NCBI GenBank assembly: GCA_964016885.1
Contig: OZ024758.1
Coordinates: 35,340,001 to 35,404,000 of the forward strand
Direction: 5' to 3'
From: Eledone cirrhosa
Taxonomy: Eukaryota
DNA length: 64,000 nt
The stretch's first letter is position 1, and each line of letters opens with the position of its first letter. The notes beneath the pieces were generated by a model. That model had not been told where the DNA came from. It saw nothing but the letters and a program-made list of their open reading frames with translations, and ran no database searches. Shown piece by piece: positions 15,001-28,257 of the stretch. The position numbers and the translations under genes are program-made.

Positions 15001-18000
15001 CTGTTGGTGAGAATACATTTAAGTTCATGGTACTAGCTGTCAGAAGTAACTCCACTGTTGGTGAGAATTCATTTAAGTTCATGGTACTAGCTGTCAGAAG
15101 GAACTCCACTGTTGGTGAGAATTCATTTAAGTTCATGGTATTAGCTGTCAGAAGTAACTCCAATGTTGGTGAGAATTCATTTAAGTCATGGTACTAGCTG
15201 TCAGAAGTAACTCCACTGTTGGTGAGAATTCATTTAAGTTCATGGTATTAGCTGTCAGAAGCAACTCCACTGTTGGTGAGAATTCATTTAAGTTCATGGT
15301 ATTAGCTGTCAGAAGTAACTCCACTGTTGGTGAGAATTCATTTAAGTTCATGGTACTAGCTGTCAGAAGTAACTCCAATGTTGGTGAGAATTCATTTAAG
15401 TTCATGGTATTAGCTGTCAGAAGTAACTCCACTGTTGGTGAGAATTCATTTAAGTTCATGGTATTAGCTGTCAGAAGTAACTCCACTGTTGGTGAGAATT
15501 CATTTAAGTTCATGGTACTAGCTGTCAGAAGTAACTCCACTGTTGGTGAGAATTCATTTAAGTTCATGGTATTAGTTGTCAGAAGTAACTCCACTGTTGG
15601 TGAGAATTCATTTAAGTCATGGTATTAGTTGTCAGAAGTAACTCCAATGTTGGTGAGAATTCATTTAAGTTCATGTTTCTAGCTGTCAGAAGTAACTCCA
15701 CTGTTGGTGAGAATTCATTTAAGTTCATGGTATTAGCTGTCAGAAGTAACTCCACTGTTGGTGAGAATTCATTTAAGTCATGGTATTAGCTGTCAGAAGT
15801 AACTCCAATGTTGGTGAGAATTCATTTAAGTTCATGGTACTAGCTGTCAGAAGTAACTCCACTGTTGGTGAGAATTCATTTAAGTTCATGGTACTAGCTG
15901 TCAGAAGGAACTCCACTGTTGGTGAGAATTCATTTAAGTTCATGGTATTAGTTGTCAGAAGTAACTCCACTGTTGGTGAGAATTCATTTAAGTTCATGGT
16001 ACTAGCTGTCAGAAGTAACTCCACTGTTGGTGAGAATTCATTTAAGTTCATGGTACTAGCTGTCAGAAGGAACTCCACTGTTGGTGAGAATTCATTTAAG
16101 TTCATGGTATTAGCTGTCAGAAGTAACTCCACTGTTGGTGAGAATTCATTTAAGTTCATGGTACTAGCTGTCAGAAGTAACTCCAATGTTGGTGAGAATT
16201 CATTTAAGTTCATGGTACTAGCTGTCAGAAGTAACTCCACTGTTGGTGAGAATTCATTTAAGTTCATGGTACTAGCTGTCAGAATTAACTCCACTGTTGG
16301 TGAGAATTCATTTAAGTTCATGGTATTAGCTGTCAGAAGTAACTCCACTGTTGGTGAGAATTCATTTAAGTTCATGGTACTAGCTGTCAGAAGTAACTCC
16401 AATGTTGGAGAGAATTCATTTAAGTTCATGGTATTAGCTGTCAGAAGTAACTCCAATGTTGGTGAGAATTCATTTAAGTTCATGTTACTAGCTGTCAGAA
16501 GTAACTCCACTGTTGGTGAGAATTCATTTAAGTCATGGTATTAGCTGTCAGAAGTAACTCCAATGTTGGTGAGAATTCATTTGAGTCATGGTACTAGCTG
16601 TCAGAATTAACTCCAATGTTGGTGAGAATTCAGTTAAGTTCATGGTATTAGCTGTCAGAAGGAACTCCACTGTTGGTGAGAATTCATTTAAGTTCATGGT
16701 ACTAGCTGTCAGAAGTAACTCCAATGTTGGTGAGAATTCATTTAAGTTCATGGTACTAGCTGTCAGAAGTAACTCCACTGTTGGTGAGAATTCATTTAAG
16801 TTCATGGTATTAGCTGTCAGAAGTAACTCCACTGTTGGTGAGAATTCATTTAAGTCATGGTATTAGCTGTCAGAAGTAACTCCATTGTTGGTGAGAATTC
16901 ATTTAAGTCATGGTACTAGCTGTCAGAAGGAACTCTACTGTTGGTGAGAATTCATTTAAGTTCATGGTATTAGCTGTCAGAAGTAACTCCACTGTTGGTG
17001 AGAATACATTTAAGTTCATGGTACTAGCTGTCAGAAGTAACTCCACTGTTGGTGAGAATTCATTTAAGTTCATGGTACTAGCTGTCAGAAGGAACTCCAC
17101 TGTTGGTGAGAATTCATTTAAGTTCATGGTATTAGCTGTCAGAAGTAACTCCAATGTTGGTGAGAATTCATTTAAGTCATGGTACTAGCTGTCAGAAGTA
17201 ACTCCACTGTTGGTGAGAATTCATTTAAGTTCATGGTATTAGCTGTCAGAAGCAACTCCACTGTTGGTGAGAATTCATTTAAGTTCATGGTATTAGCTGT
17301 CAGAAGTAACTCCACTGTTGGTGAGAATTCATTTAAGTTCATGGTACTAGCTGTCAGAAGTAACTCCAATGTTGGTGAGAATTCATTTAAGTTCATGGTA
17401 TTAGCTGTCAGAAGTAACTCCACTGTTGGTGAGAATTCATTTAAGTTCATGGTATTAGCTGTCAGAAGTAACTCCACTGTTGGTGAGAATTCATTTAAGT
17501 TCATGGTACTAGCTGTCAGAAGTAACTCCACTGTTGGTGAGAATTCATTTAAGTTCATGGTATTAGTTGTCAGAAGTAACTCCACTGTTGGTGAGAATTC
17601 ATTTAAGTCATGGTATTAGTTGTCAGAAGTAACTCCAATGTTGGTGAGAATTCATTTAAGTTCATGTTTCTAGCTGTCAGAAGTAACTCCACTGTTGGTG
17701 AGAATTCATTTAAGTTCATGGTATTAGCTGTCAGAAGTAACTCCACTGTTGGTGAGAATTCATTTAAGTCATGGTATTAGCTGTCAGAAGTAACTCCAAT
17801 GTTGGTGAGAATTCATTTAAGTTCATGGTACTAGCTGTCAGAAGTAACTCCACTGTTGGTGAGAATTCATTTAAGTTCATGGTACTAGCTGTCAGAAGGA
17901 ACTCCACTGTTGGTGAGAATTCATTTAAGTTCATGGTATTAGTTGTCAGAAGTAACTCCACTGTTGGTGAGAATTCATTTAAGTTCATGGTACTAGCTGT

Positions 18001-18509
18001 CAGAAGTAACTCCACTGTTGGTGAGAATTCATTTAAGTTCATGGTACTAGCTGTCAGAAGGAACTCCACTGTTGGTGAGAATTCATTTAAGTTCATGGTA
18101 TTAGCTGTCAGAAGTAACTCCACTGTTGGTGAGAATTCATTTAAGTTCATGGTACTAGCTGTCAGAAGTAACTCCAATGTTGGTGAGAATTCATTTAAGT
18201 TCATGGTACTAGCTGTCAGAAGTAACTCCACTGTTGGTGAGAATTCATTTAAGTTCATGGTACTAGCTGTCAGAATTAACTCCACTGTTGGTGAGAATTC
18301 ATTTAAGTTCATGGTATTAGCTGTCAGAAGTAACTCCACTGTTGGTGAGAATTCATTTAAGTTCATGGTACTAGCTGTCAGAAGTAACTCCAATGTTGGA
18401 GAGAATTCATTTAAGTTCATGGTATTAGCTGTCAGAAGTAACTCCAATGTTGGTGAGAATTCATTTAAGTTCATGTTACTAGCTGTCAGAAGTAACTCCA
18501 CTGTTGGTG
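1..18509. repeat. 54-bp satellite array (53/55-bp variants), about 340 monomers, open at the window start
   Basis: Monomer ATGGTAYTAGCTGTCAGAAGTAACTCCAMTGTTGGTGAGAATTCATTTAAGTTC repeated head to tail. Most units carry an EcoRI site. The array ends abruptly at ...CTGTTGGTG|GAAATGAC. Confidence 0.99.
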
Positions 18510-19090
18510 GAAATGACTTGTTTTCTACATTGATAACCATGACTATGAAAATATGATTAAATCCAATTTATTTGATAACCATGACTTGTTTTCTAATTAA
18601 CTTAAATTTGTTTTCTAATTTGGCCCTTTTAAGGGCCACCGATAATTTCATTTAAGTAACTCCACTTACATCGATATGCTTTAATAAAAAATATTAAAAA
18701 ACGTGTGAAAAAAAAAAATTTCATTTATTTAACTCCACTTTCGCGTGGTAGTAATACGGAAATAAATGATGTTTTGCTTTAAACGACTGCTTTCGACTGA
18801 CAGCGTTGTAGTGCCAAATTTTATTGATTCAGTAGTTTCATTTTCATATTCATAATTAAAATTTCATTTGTGACATTTGAACTCAATACTTGATCGATCA
18901 TCCTGTAGAGATGAGTTGCCCGGGACAGACAGTTGAGAGAGATGGATCTAAATTTATGTATAGGAAACATGATGGTAGAAGTTTAGGGTTTCTCTGTAGG
19001 ACCAGGTACTCGTATTGTAACCGATAGCAGTCATAGCCTCCCGTACCATGGTAAACCATAGTTACAACTTTGTCGACCTCAAACACCCCA

Positions 19091-19880
19091 CATCATCATC
19101 ATCATCATCATCATCAGGTTTAGCGTCCGTGTTCCACGCTTGCATGGGTTTGGACGGGGGTTTTCCCACCTGAGGCAAGAGTGGTTGTCTTGCTCGCATA
19201 GGACTGTCTGGCGGGTTTTCTACGGCTGGATGCCCTTCCTAACACCAACCACATTTACAGTGTGGGGCTGGGAGGTTTTTACCGTGTTACCTACACGGCC
19301 ACATTACAGCGTGGACTGTCTGGCGGGTTTTCTACAGCTGGATGCCCTTCCTAACACCAACCACATTTACAGTGTGGGGCTGGGAGGTTTCTACCGTGTT
19401 GCCTACACGGCCACATTACAGCGTGGACTGTCTGGCAGGTTTTCTACAGCTGGATGCCCTTCCTAACACCAACCACATTTACAGTGTGGGGCTGGGAGGT
19501 TTTTACCGTGTTGCCTACACGGCCACATTACAGCGTGGACTGTCTGGCGGGTTTTCTACAGCTGGATGCCCTTCCTAACACCAACCACATTTACAGTGTG
19601 GGGCTGGGAGGTTTTTACCGTGTTGCCTACACGGCCACATTACAGCGTGGACTGTCTGGCGGGTTTTCTACAGCTGGATGCCCTTCCTAACACGAACCAC
19701 ATTTACAGTGTGGGGCTGGGAGGTTTTTACCGTGTTGCCTACACGGCCACATTACAGCGTGGACTGTCTGGCGGGTTTTCTACAGCTGGATGCCCTCCCT
19801 AACACCAACCACATTTACAGTGTGGGGCTGGGTGGTTTTTACCGTGTTGCCTACACAGCCACATTTACAGCGTGGACTCT
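19091..19880 (-). mobile_element. RTE-type LINE 3' UTR with (TGA)n tail, internally amplified as about six 112-bp repeats
   Basis: (CAT)n at 19091-19116. TTTCTACAGCTGGATGCCCTTCCTAACACCAACC is the reverse complement of the RTE 3' UTR at about 58305-58337. ORF starts recur every 112 bp. Confidence 0.85.
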
Positions 19881-20078
19881 GTGTTTTTTTTTGTCGTGAC
19901 ACCTACACGATCTCATTTATCCACAGAAACCCTGTGGAGGGCAGCTGGGGGCTTTACAAAGTGAAATTCTGAACCGTGAGACGAACAAACGATGCACTTT
20001 TTGGCACTTGCGTTGTGGAAATCCTTTGGTGCCAAGCTATTGAAGAAAACATCTTCAGTAATATTATAGATACAACAT

Positions 20079-20264
20079 AGGGCGGTGGATTGGCAGTATC
20101 GGTAGAGGGTCGGACGCCATGCTTTCCAGCATAGTTACGTCCCTTTACGATCTGAGTTCAAATCCCGCCGAGGTTGACTTTGCCTTTCATCTTTACGGGG
20201 TCGATACAATAAAGTACCAGTAATGCACTGGGTAATTGCTGGCCTTGTGCCTAAAGTAGAAACA
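20079..20264 (+). mobile_element. Full-length tRNA-derived SINE with 16-bp TSD
   Basis: A-box-like TGGCAGTATCGG, B-box GAGTTCAAATCC and core GCCTTTCATC...GGGGTCGATA...AAAGTACCAG. TSD ATTATAGATACAACAT at 20063-20078 and 20265-20280. Confidence 0.93.
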
Positions 20265-20424
20265 ATTATAGATACAACATTATTATGATGTATAATAGAT
20301 ACTTTGGAATATTAGAATTGAGGTTTCTTATTTACTTTTCAGCTTATTTAGAAAAATAAAAAATAATTTAACGTGGGAAAGTTGAAGATAACCAAATATA
20401 GACCACGTATATGTATATATATAT

Positions 20425-21630
20425 CTAGGGTGGGTAAAATTCCCGAGATCCATGGACGAGTTCTCTCCAGCGGTCTCTGTCCCTCATTATCGCTGCCATG
20501 CCTTGCGTCTCCAACAGACCAGTGTCTGTCCTTAGGGCATCAACATACGTTAACCTTGGTCTTCCTCTTCCTGTGTGTCCATGTAGGGGCTCCCACAGGA
20601 ACACTGAGTGCAATGTCAACTCTGGATGCCGGTGAGCATGTCCAGCTAACCTCAGTCTCCCTCTTCCAGTGTGTCTATGTAGGGGCTCCCAAAGGAGCAC
20701 TGAATGCAATGTAAACTCTGGATCTCGGTGAGCATGTCCAGTTAACCTCAGTCTTCCTCTTCCAGTGTGTCCATGTAGGGGCTCCCACAGGAGCACTGAA
20801 TGCAGTGTTACCTCTGGATGTCGGTGAGCATGTCCAGCTAACCTCAGTCTCCCTCTTCCAGTGTGTCCATGCAGGGGCTCCCACAGTAGCACTGAGTGCA
20901 GTGTCAACTCTGGATGTCGGTGAGCATGTCCAGCTAACCTCAGTCTCCCTTTTCTAGTGTGTCCATGTAGGGGCTCCCACAGGAGCACTGAATGCAGTGT
21001 TACCTCTGGATGTCGGTGAGCATGTCCAGCTAACCTCAGTCTCCCTCTTCCAGTGTGTCCATGTAGGGGCTCCCACAGGAACACTGAGTGCAATGTCAAC
21101 TCTAGATGTCGGTGAGCATGTCCAGCTAACCTCAGTCTCCCTCTTCCAGTGTGTCCATGTAGGGGCTCCCACAGGAGCACTGAGTGCAGTGTCAACTCTG
21201 GATGTCGGTGAGCATGTCCAGCTAACCTCAGTCTCCCTTTTCTAGTGTGTCCATGTAGGGGCTCCCACAGGAGCACTGAATGCAGTGTTACCTCTGGATG
21301 TCGGTGAGCATGTCCAGCTAACCTCAGTCTCCCTCTTCCAGTGTGTCCATGCAGGGGCTCCCACAGGAACACTGAGTGCAATGTCAACTCTAGATGTCGG
21401 TGAGCATGTCCAGCTAACCTCAGTCTCCCTCTTCCAGTGTGTCCATGCTGGGGCTCCCACAGGAGCACTGAGTGCAGTGTCAACTCTGGATGTCGGTGAG
21501 CATGTCCAGCTAACCTCAGTCTCTTTTGTGTCACTTTTGAGCTGACTTTTGGGATGCTCCCGTACAGCTCTGAGTTTTTCATCCTCAGTGTATACTGATT
21601 AATGTTCAGAGACATCCTCACCATTCTCAT
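20425..21630 (-). mobile_element. RTE-like LINE ORF C-terminus containing ten 96-bp in-frame tandem repeats
   Basis: Translation RLRLAGHxxR...LLWEP.HG...RGRPRLTYVDAL...MRDRDRWRELV is the typical post-RT tail of RTE-group LINEs. An unamplified copy lies at 58587-58772. Confidence 0.85.
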
Positions 21631-21635
21631 GTGTG

Positions 21636-21666
<31 letters not shown>

Positions 21667-21881
21667 CTATATTATAACAGAGAAAGCAAGCTTCGCTAAC
21701 ATCAATTTTTTGTACATGGATGTCATAAAGATCTTTCTGTGTGTGTGTTGTGTGCTCAGTTTGCGCATGCGCCACATCCGGGTGTCTGTGTGTGTTTGTG
21801 TTCATTTATCTATTTGTTTATTTATTTACATGTTGTTGGTTGGTTGTTTGTTCTATGTGTGTGTGTGTTTTCATTTTGTCC

Positions 21882-22320
21882 TTAATTGTAAGTTGTGATG
21901 ATGCTGTTCCACTCATATTTTCTATTTAATTTTGGTTGTAATTCTTTTATGTTTATTGCCTCTGTAATTTGTCTAAACATTGCATCTTTTCTGTGTGTAG
22001 ATTCTATTTTTATTTCTATGTTCTCTAATTTACCCTTGTGTTCTATCTTAGCATGTTGGTAGAGTACAGATGATTCTTTATTATCTTGAAGGTCTCGCCA
22101 GTGTTCATTTATCCGTTCCCCTATACTACGAGCTGTCTCACCTATGTACACTATATTTTTGTTTCTACATTGTCCTTCAGTACATCTTATGCTATACACT
22201 ACATTTCTAGTTTTACAGTTAATATGGGGGCTTATTTTACAGGTTATACATTTCTTATCTATACATGAGGGTCTTTGGAACGGGTATGTCTTGCTAATAA
22301 GTGTTTTTACGGAGGTACGG
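21882..22320 (-). mobile_element. Penelope-like element GIY-YIG endonuclease fragment
   Basis: C..KCITC...INCKTRNVVYSIRC...C...VYIGETARSIGERINEH...RQITEAINIKELQPKLN matches the PLE Cys-rich linker plus GIY-YIG domain. Confidence 0.9.
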
Positions 22321-22891
22321 AGGTACCAGGTACCTCCGTAAAAACACTTATTAGCAAAACACTTATTAGCAAGACATACCCGTTCCAAAGACCCTCATGT
22401 ATAGATAAGAAATTAAGGCAATCCTGTGTCGTGTGCTAAGGGTGCACGCGAGTAAAAGTCCGAATAAGGGGAGTAAAAAGTACATGGATGTATAGAGGTA
22501 GAGTACGTGGAAAGACATTAATACAGCAAACAAAGATGTGAAGATATAGATAAACAAACAATAGTCGTTGTCTAGTAAATGTAGAGTTCAAGACGCAGGA
22601 GAAATACAATATAGTTCAGGTTGCGGTATTTATGTTCCCAGGGGGAGATATTCCAGTGACGTGTGCTAAGGGCACACGCGAGTAAAAATCCGAATAAGGG
22701 AAGTAGAAAGTACTTATGCTCCCATCCCTTTTTGTTTTCATTTATCTGACCGGTAGTAGCATACTATAAAATTTAGCCACGTCACTCCAGGGCGACCGGC
22801 TGAGGTTGAAGGAACAGAATAGCGGTCGCCCTCGGGTCTCGATTTTCAGCCCCATGGATTTTACCTATTACATTCACGTATTATATTTCGA

Positions 22892-22949
22892 ATACCTGAT
22901 GATATCACCGGATTCATACGGAACCCGGTCATTGAAATGATCATAGTAT
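22892..22949 (+). ncRNA. Minimal type I hammerhead ribozyme motif
   Basis: ATAC-CTGATGA-[stem II ACCGG/CCGGT]-GAAA-TGATCA-TA-GTAT, followed directly by AATAAA. Confidence 0.8.
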
Positions 22950-23133
22950 AATAAACCTTTCAAGGATTTACACAAATCCAGCCTCCTGTCATTTCATTAT
23001 AATATTTAACTCCGTAAAACAAAGACAGTTGAACTGCTTCACGTTGAGTACTCTCTATATTATTGCATTACGATTGACCATACGGAATAGACCAGCTCTA
23101 TACAGTGGTGAACCTCATACCTGAATAAATATA

Positions 23134-23201
<68 letters not shown>

Positions 23202-23202
23202 A

Positions 23203-23622
23203 TGTAGGAGGTGAGTTTTATTGTAGTACAATAAAGCAATGCAGATATCGGTTAAGAAGCACTCTACAGTTTGTAGGACTGGAGTATACATAATATAAGA
23301 TCAAAAGATGGTTAAAGGAGTTCCATGTATTTTATTATGCGCATTTCAAAAACAAACATCATCATGCAATAATATTTGTGTTTTCATCAGATAAAACAGG
23401 AGAACATGATATGAAGACTAAAAAACACTTGTGGATAGTGCAGTTTTAAATCAACATATGATATGTTGATTTAAAACTGCACTATCCACAAGTGTTTTTT
23501 AGCCTTCATATCATGTTCTCCTGTTTTATCTGATGAAAACACAAATATTATTGCATGATGATGTTTGTTTTTGAAATGCGCATAATAAAATACATGGAAC
23601 TCCTTTAACCATCTTTTGATCT

Positions 23623-23630
<8 letters not shown>
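23203..23630. mobile_element. Fold-back element family A with hammerheads in both arms (-23330..23396, +23524..23590)
   Basis: Arms of about 170 bp centred on 23460. Motif TTTTAT-CTGATGA-stem II-GAAA-TGCGCA-TA-ATAAAA. Flanked by (TA)n. Confidence 0.88.
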
Positions 23631-23663
<33 letters not shown>

Positions 23664-24047
23664 TATGTATATATATATATATACATATATATGTATATAT
23701 ATATATATATACATATATATGTATATATATATATATATACATATATATGTATATATATATATATATACATATATATGTATATATATATATATATACATAT
23801 ATATGTATATATATATATATACATATATATGTATATATATATATACATATATATGTATATATATATATATATACATATATATGTATATATACATATATAT
23901 GTATATATATATATACATATATATGTATATATATATATACATATATATGTATATAAATATATATATAAATATATATACATATATATGTATATAAATATAT
24001 ATATAAATATATATACATATATATGGATATAAATATATATATAAATA

Positions 24048-24125
<78 letters not shown>

Positions 24126-24131
24126 TATATG

Positions 24132-24169
<38 letters not shown>

Positions 24170-24243
24170 TATATGTATGTATATATATATATATATATAT
24201 AAATATATATGTATGTATATATATATATATATATATATAAATA

Positions 24244-24395
<152 letters not shown>

Positions 24396-24405
24396 AATAT
24401 ATATG

Positions 24406-24448
<43 letters not shown>

Positions 24449-24449
<1 letters not shown>

Positions 24450-24793
24450 TTTTGAATTTATGTTGGTTGTATACCAACACCTCAGTATGCAGGCTGGAGC
24501 ACTCAACGAAGGTTTGGTTACTCCGAAGTAGTGGAAAATAAAGTTAAATAAAGGGTCAAATGATTAAAATTTAGCTTCGTTTATTATTGCTATATATATT
24601 TCAGTGACAGCCATCTTTGGCTGTGACCTCTTCAGGCAGTTTGAATTAGTATGGTATAGACAACTTGTCTATACCATACTAATTCAAACTGCCTGAAGAG
24701 GTCACAGCCAAAGATGGCTGTCACTGAAATATATATAGCAGTAATAAACGAAGCTAAATTTTAATCATTTGACTTTTATTTAACTTTATTTTA
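24449..24793. mobile_element. Fold-back element family B, copy 1, with paired hammerheads (-24586..24640, +24688..24742)
   Basis: Palindrome centred on 24664. Motif ACTGC-CTGAAGA-G-GTCACAGCCA-AAGA-TGGCTGTCAC-T-GAAA-TATATA-TA-GCAGT-AATAAA. Confidence 0.88.
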
Positions 24794-24797
24794 TATG

Positions 24798-24914
<117 letters not shown>

Positions 24915-24921
24915 GTATATG

Positions 24922-25007
<86 letters not shown>

Positions 25008-25011
25008 TGTG

Positions 25012-25081
<70 letters not shown>

Positions 25082-25491
25082 AATGTATATATATGTATAT
25101 ATATGTATACATATATATATATGTATACATATATATATATATATACAAGTATACATATATATATATATGTATACATATATATATCTATATATATATATAT
25201 ACAAGTATACATATATATATATATGTATACATATATATATATATGTATACATATATATATATATGTATACATATATATATATATGTATATATATGTATAT
25301 ATATATGTATATATATATATATATATATGTATACATATATATATATATGTATACATATATATATATATATATACATGTATATATATATATATATGTATAC
25401 ATATATATATATATGTATACATATATATATATATGTATATATATATGTATATATATATGTATATGTATATATATATGTATATATATATATG

Positions 25492-25538
<47 letters not shown>

Positions 25539-25545
25539 GTATATA

Positions 25546-25588
<43 letters not shown>

Positions 25589-25628
25589 GTATATATATAT
25601 GTATATATATATATATATATGTATATGG

Positions 25629-25663
<35 letters not shown>

Positions 25664-25664
25664 G

Positions 25665-25730
<66 letters not shown>

Positions 25731-25794
25731 AATGTATATATGTATATATATATATGTATATATATATATGTATATATATATGTATATATATATG

Positions 25795-25825
<31 letters not shown>

Positions 25826-26072
25826 GTATATATATGTATATATATATATGTATATATATATATGTATATATATATGTATATATATATGTATATATATATA
25901 TATGTATATATATATGTATATATATATGTATACATATATATGTATATATATATGTATATATATATGTATATATATATGTATATATATATGTATATATATA
26001 TTTATATATATATGTATATATATATATGTATATATATATTTATATATATATGTATATATATATATGTATATA

Positions 26073-26841
26073 GTATTAGTTATACTATTTATGGTTATGT
26101 AAACACAAAACCTTAAGCAGTTGTAAGTATTTTACACACACCCTAAATAGTGGTAGGCAGTAATGTATTACTACCTTATTACCAGTAAGTTAAGTAGCTC
26201 AATGTAAAAACATCAGATGATTTACAGAGCAGTTATATGAAATATAAGAATCAAAGAACTGCTCAAAACATTATTGTGCTTACAGCTGTTTCCTCCAAAC
26301 CGAGGTTTGGATTCTTCGGAGCAATTTATTAATGCATGGACAGTTATATGACCTCCCCTTCAGCCGAGAGACATACCAATACATATTCAAACATTGATAC
26401 ATATTCAAACATTGTGGGTCAACATTCATTACAGAATTTAGAGTGGCAGTACACACTTCGAGATTACATTTATATTAATAGGTACAATCAAAAATCAAAG
26501 ATATAGGTTAAAGTACAACATGAAGATAAGTGGTTATATAACCACTTATCTTCATGTTGTACTTTAACCTATATCTTTGATTTTTGATTGTACCTATTAA
26601 TATAAATGTAATCTCGAAGTGTGTACTGCCACTCTAAATTCTGTAATGAATGTTGACCCACAATGTTTGAATATGTATCAATGTTTGAATATGTATTGGT
26701 ATGTCTCTCGGCTGAAGGGGAGGTCATATAACTGTCCATGCATTAATAAATTGCTCCGAAGAATCCAAACCTCGGTTTGGAGGAAACAGCTGTAAGCACA
26801 ATAATGTTTTGAGCAGTTCTTTGATTCTTATATTTCATATA
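26073..26841. mobile_element. Fold-back element family C with paired hammerhead-like motifs (-26277..26323, +26752..26798)
   Basis: Spacerless arms of about 300 bp centred on 26537/26538. Motif TGCT-CCGAAGA-A-TCCAAACC-TC-GGTTTGGA-G-GAAA-CAGCTG-TA-AGCA. Confidence 0.85.
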
Positions 26842-27128
26842 TATGTATATATATATTTATATATATATTTATATATATATGTATATATATATATGTATAT
26901 ATATATGTATATATATATGTATATATATATATATGTATATATATATATGTATATATATATGTATATATATATATGTATATATATATATATGTATATATAT
27001 ATATGTATATATATATATGTATATATATATATGTGTATATATATATGTGTATATATATATGTATATATATATATGTATATATATATATGTATATATATAT
27101 ATGTATATATATATATGTATACATATAT

Positions 27129-27176
<48 letters not shown>

Positions 27177-27290
27177 ATATATATATGTATGTATGTATAT
27201 ATATGTATGTGTATATATATATGTATATATATATATGTATATATATATATGTATATATATATATGTATATATATATATGTATACATATAT

Positions 27291-27352
<62 letters not shown>

Positions 27353-27363
27353 ATATATATATG

Positions 27364-27408
<45 letters not shown>

Positions 27409-27547
27409 GTACGTATATATATGTATGTATATATAAGTATGTATATATATGTATGTATATATCTGTATGTATATATATGTATGTATATATATATATGTAT
27501 GTATATATATATATGTATATATATATATATGTATGTATATATATATG

Positions 27548-27578
<31 letters not shown>

Positions 27579-27579
27579 G

Positions 27580-27625
<46 letters not shown>

Positions 27626-27729
27626 CGTATATATATATATATGTATATATATATATGTATATATATATATATGTATATATATGTATATATATATATATGT
27701 ATATATATATATGTATATATATATATGTG

Positions 27730-27816
<87 letters not shown>

Positions 27817-27827
27817 GTATATATATG

Positions 27828-27906
<79 letters not shown>

Positions 27907-28018
27907 GTATATGTATATATATATGTATATGTATATATATATGTATATGTATATATATATGTATATATATATGTATATGTATATATATATGTATATGTAT
28001 ATTTATATATATATGTAT

Positions 28019-28050
<32 letters not shown>

Positions 28051-28072
28051 GTATATATATATGTATATGTAT

Positions 28073-28104
<32 letters not shown>

Positions 28105-28128
28105 GTATATATATATGTATATGTATAT

Positions 28129-28160
<32 letters not shown>

Positions 28161-28205
28161 GTATATATATATGTATATGTATATATATATATGTATATGT
28201 ATATG

Positions 28206-28257
<52 letters not shown>

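Noticed and set aside
1-18509. CRISPR-like array
   Set aside because: No unique spacers, no cas genes, and a eukaryotic context.
173-18556. 18-aa repeat ORFs on both strands (MVLAVRSNSTVGENSFKF / MNLNEFSPTVELLLTAST)
   Set aside because: They arise because the 54-bp unit is divisible by three. Frequent 53/55-bp monomers shift the frame, so there is no sign of coding constraint.
20079-20180. tRNA gene
   Set aside because: A and B boxes are present, but there is no cloverleaf. It continues into a SINE core and has a TSD.
22789-22832. GC hairpin with TGAG/AGAA as a SECIS element
   Set aside because: The upper helix is only about 3 bp, far shorter than a SECIS, and there is no associated in-frame TGA ORF.
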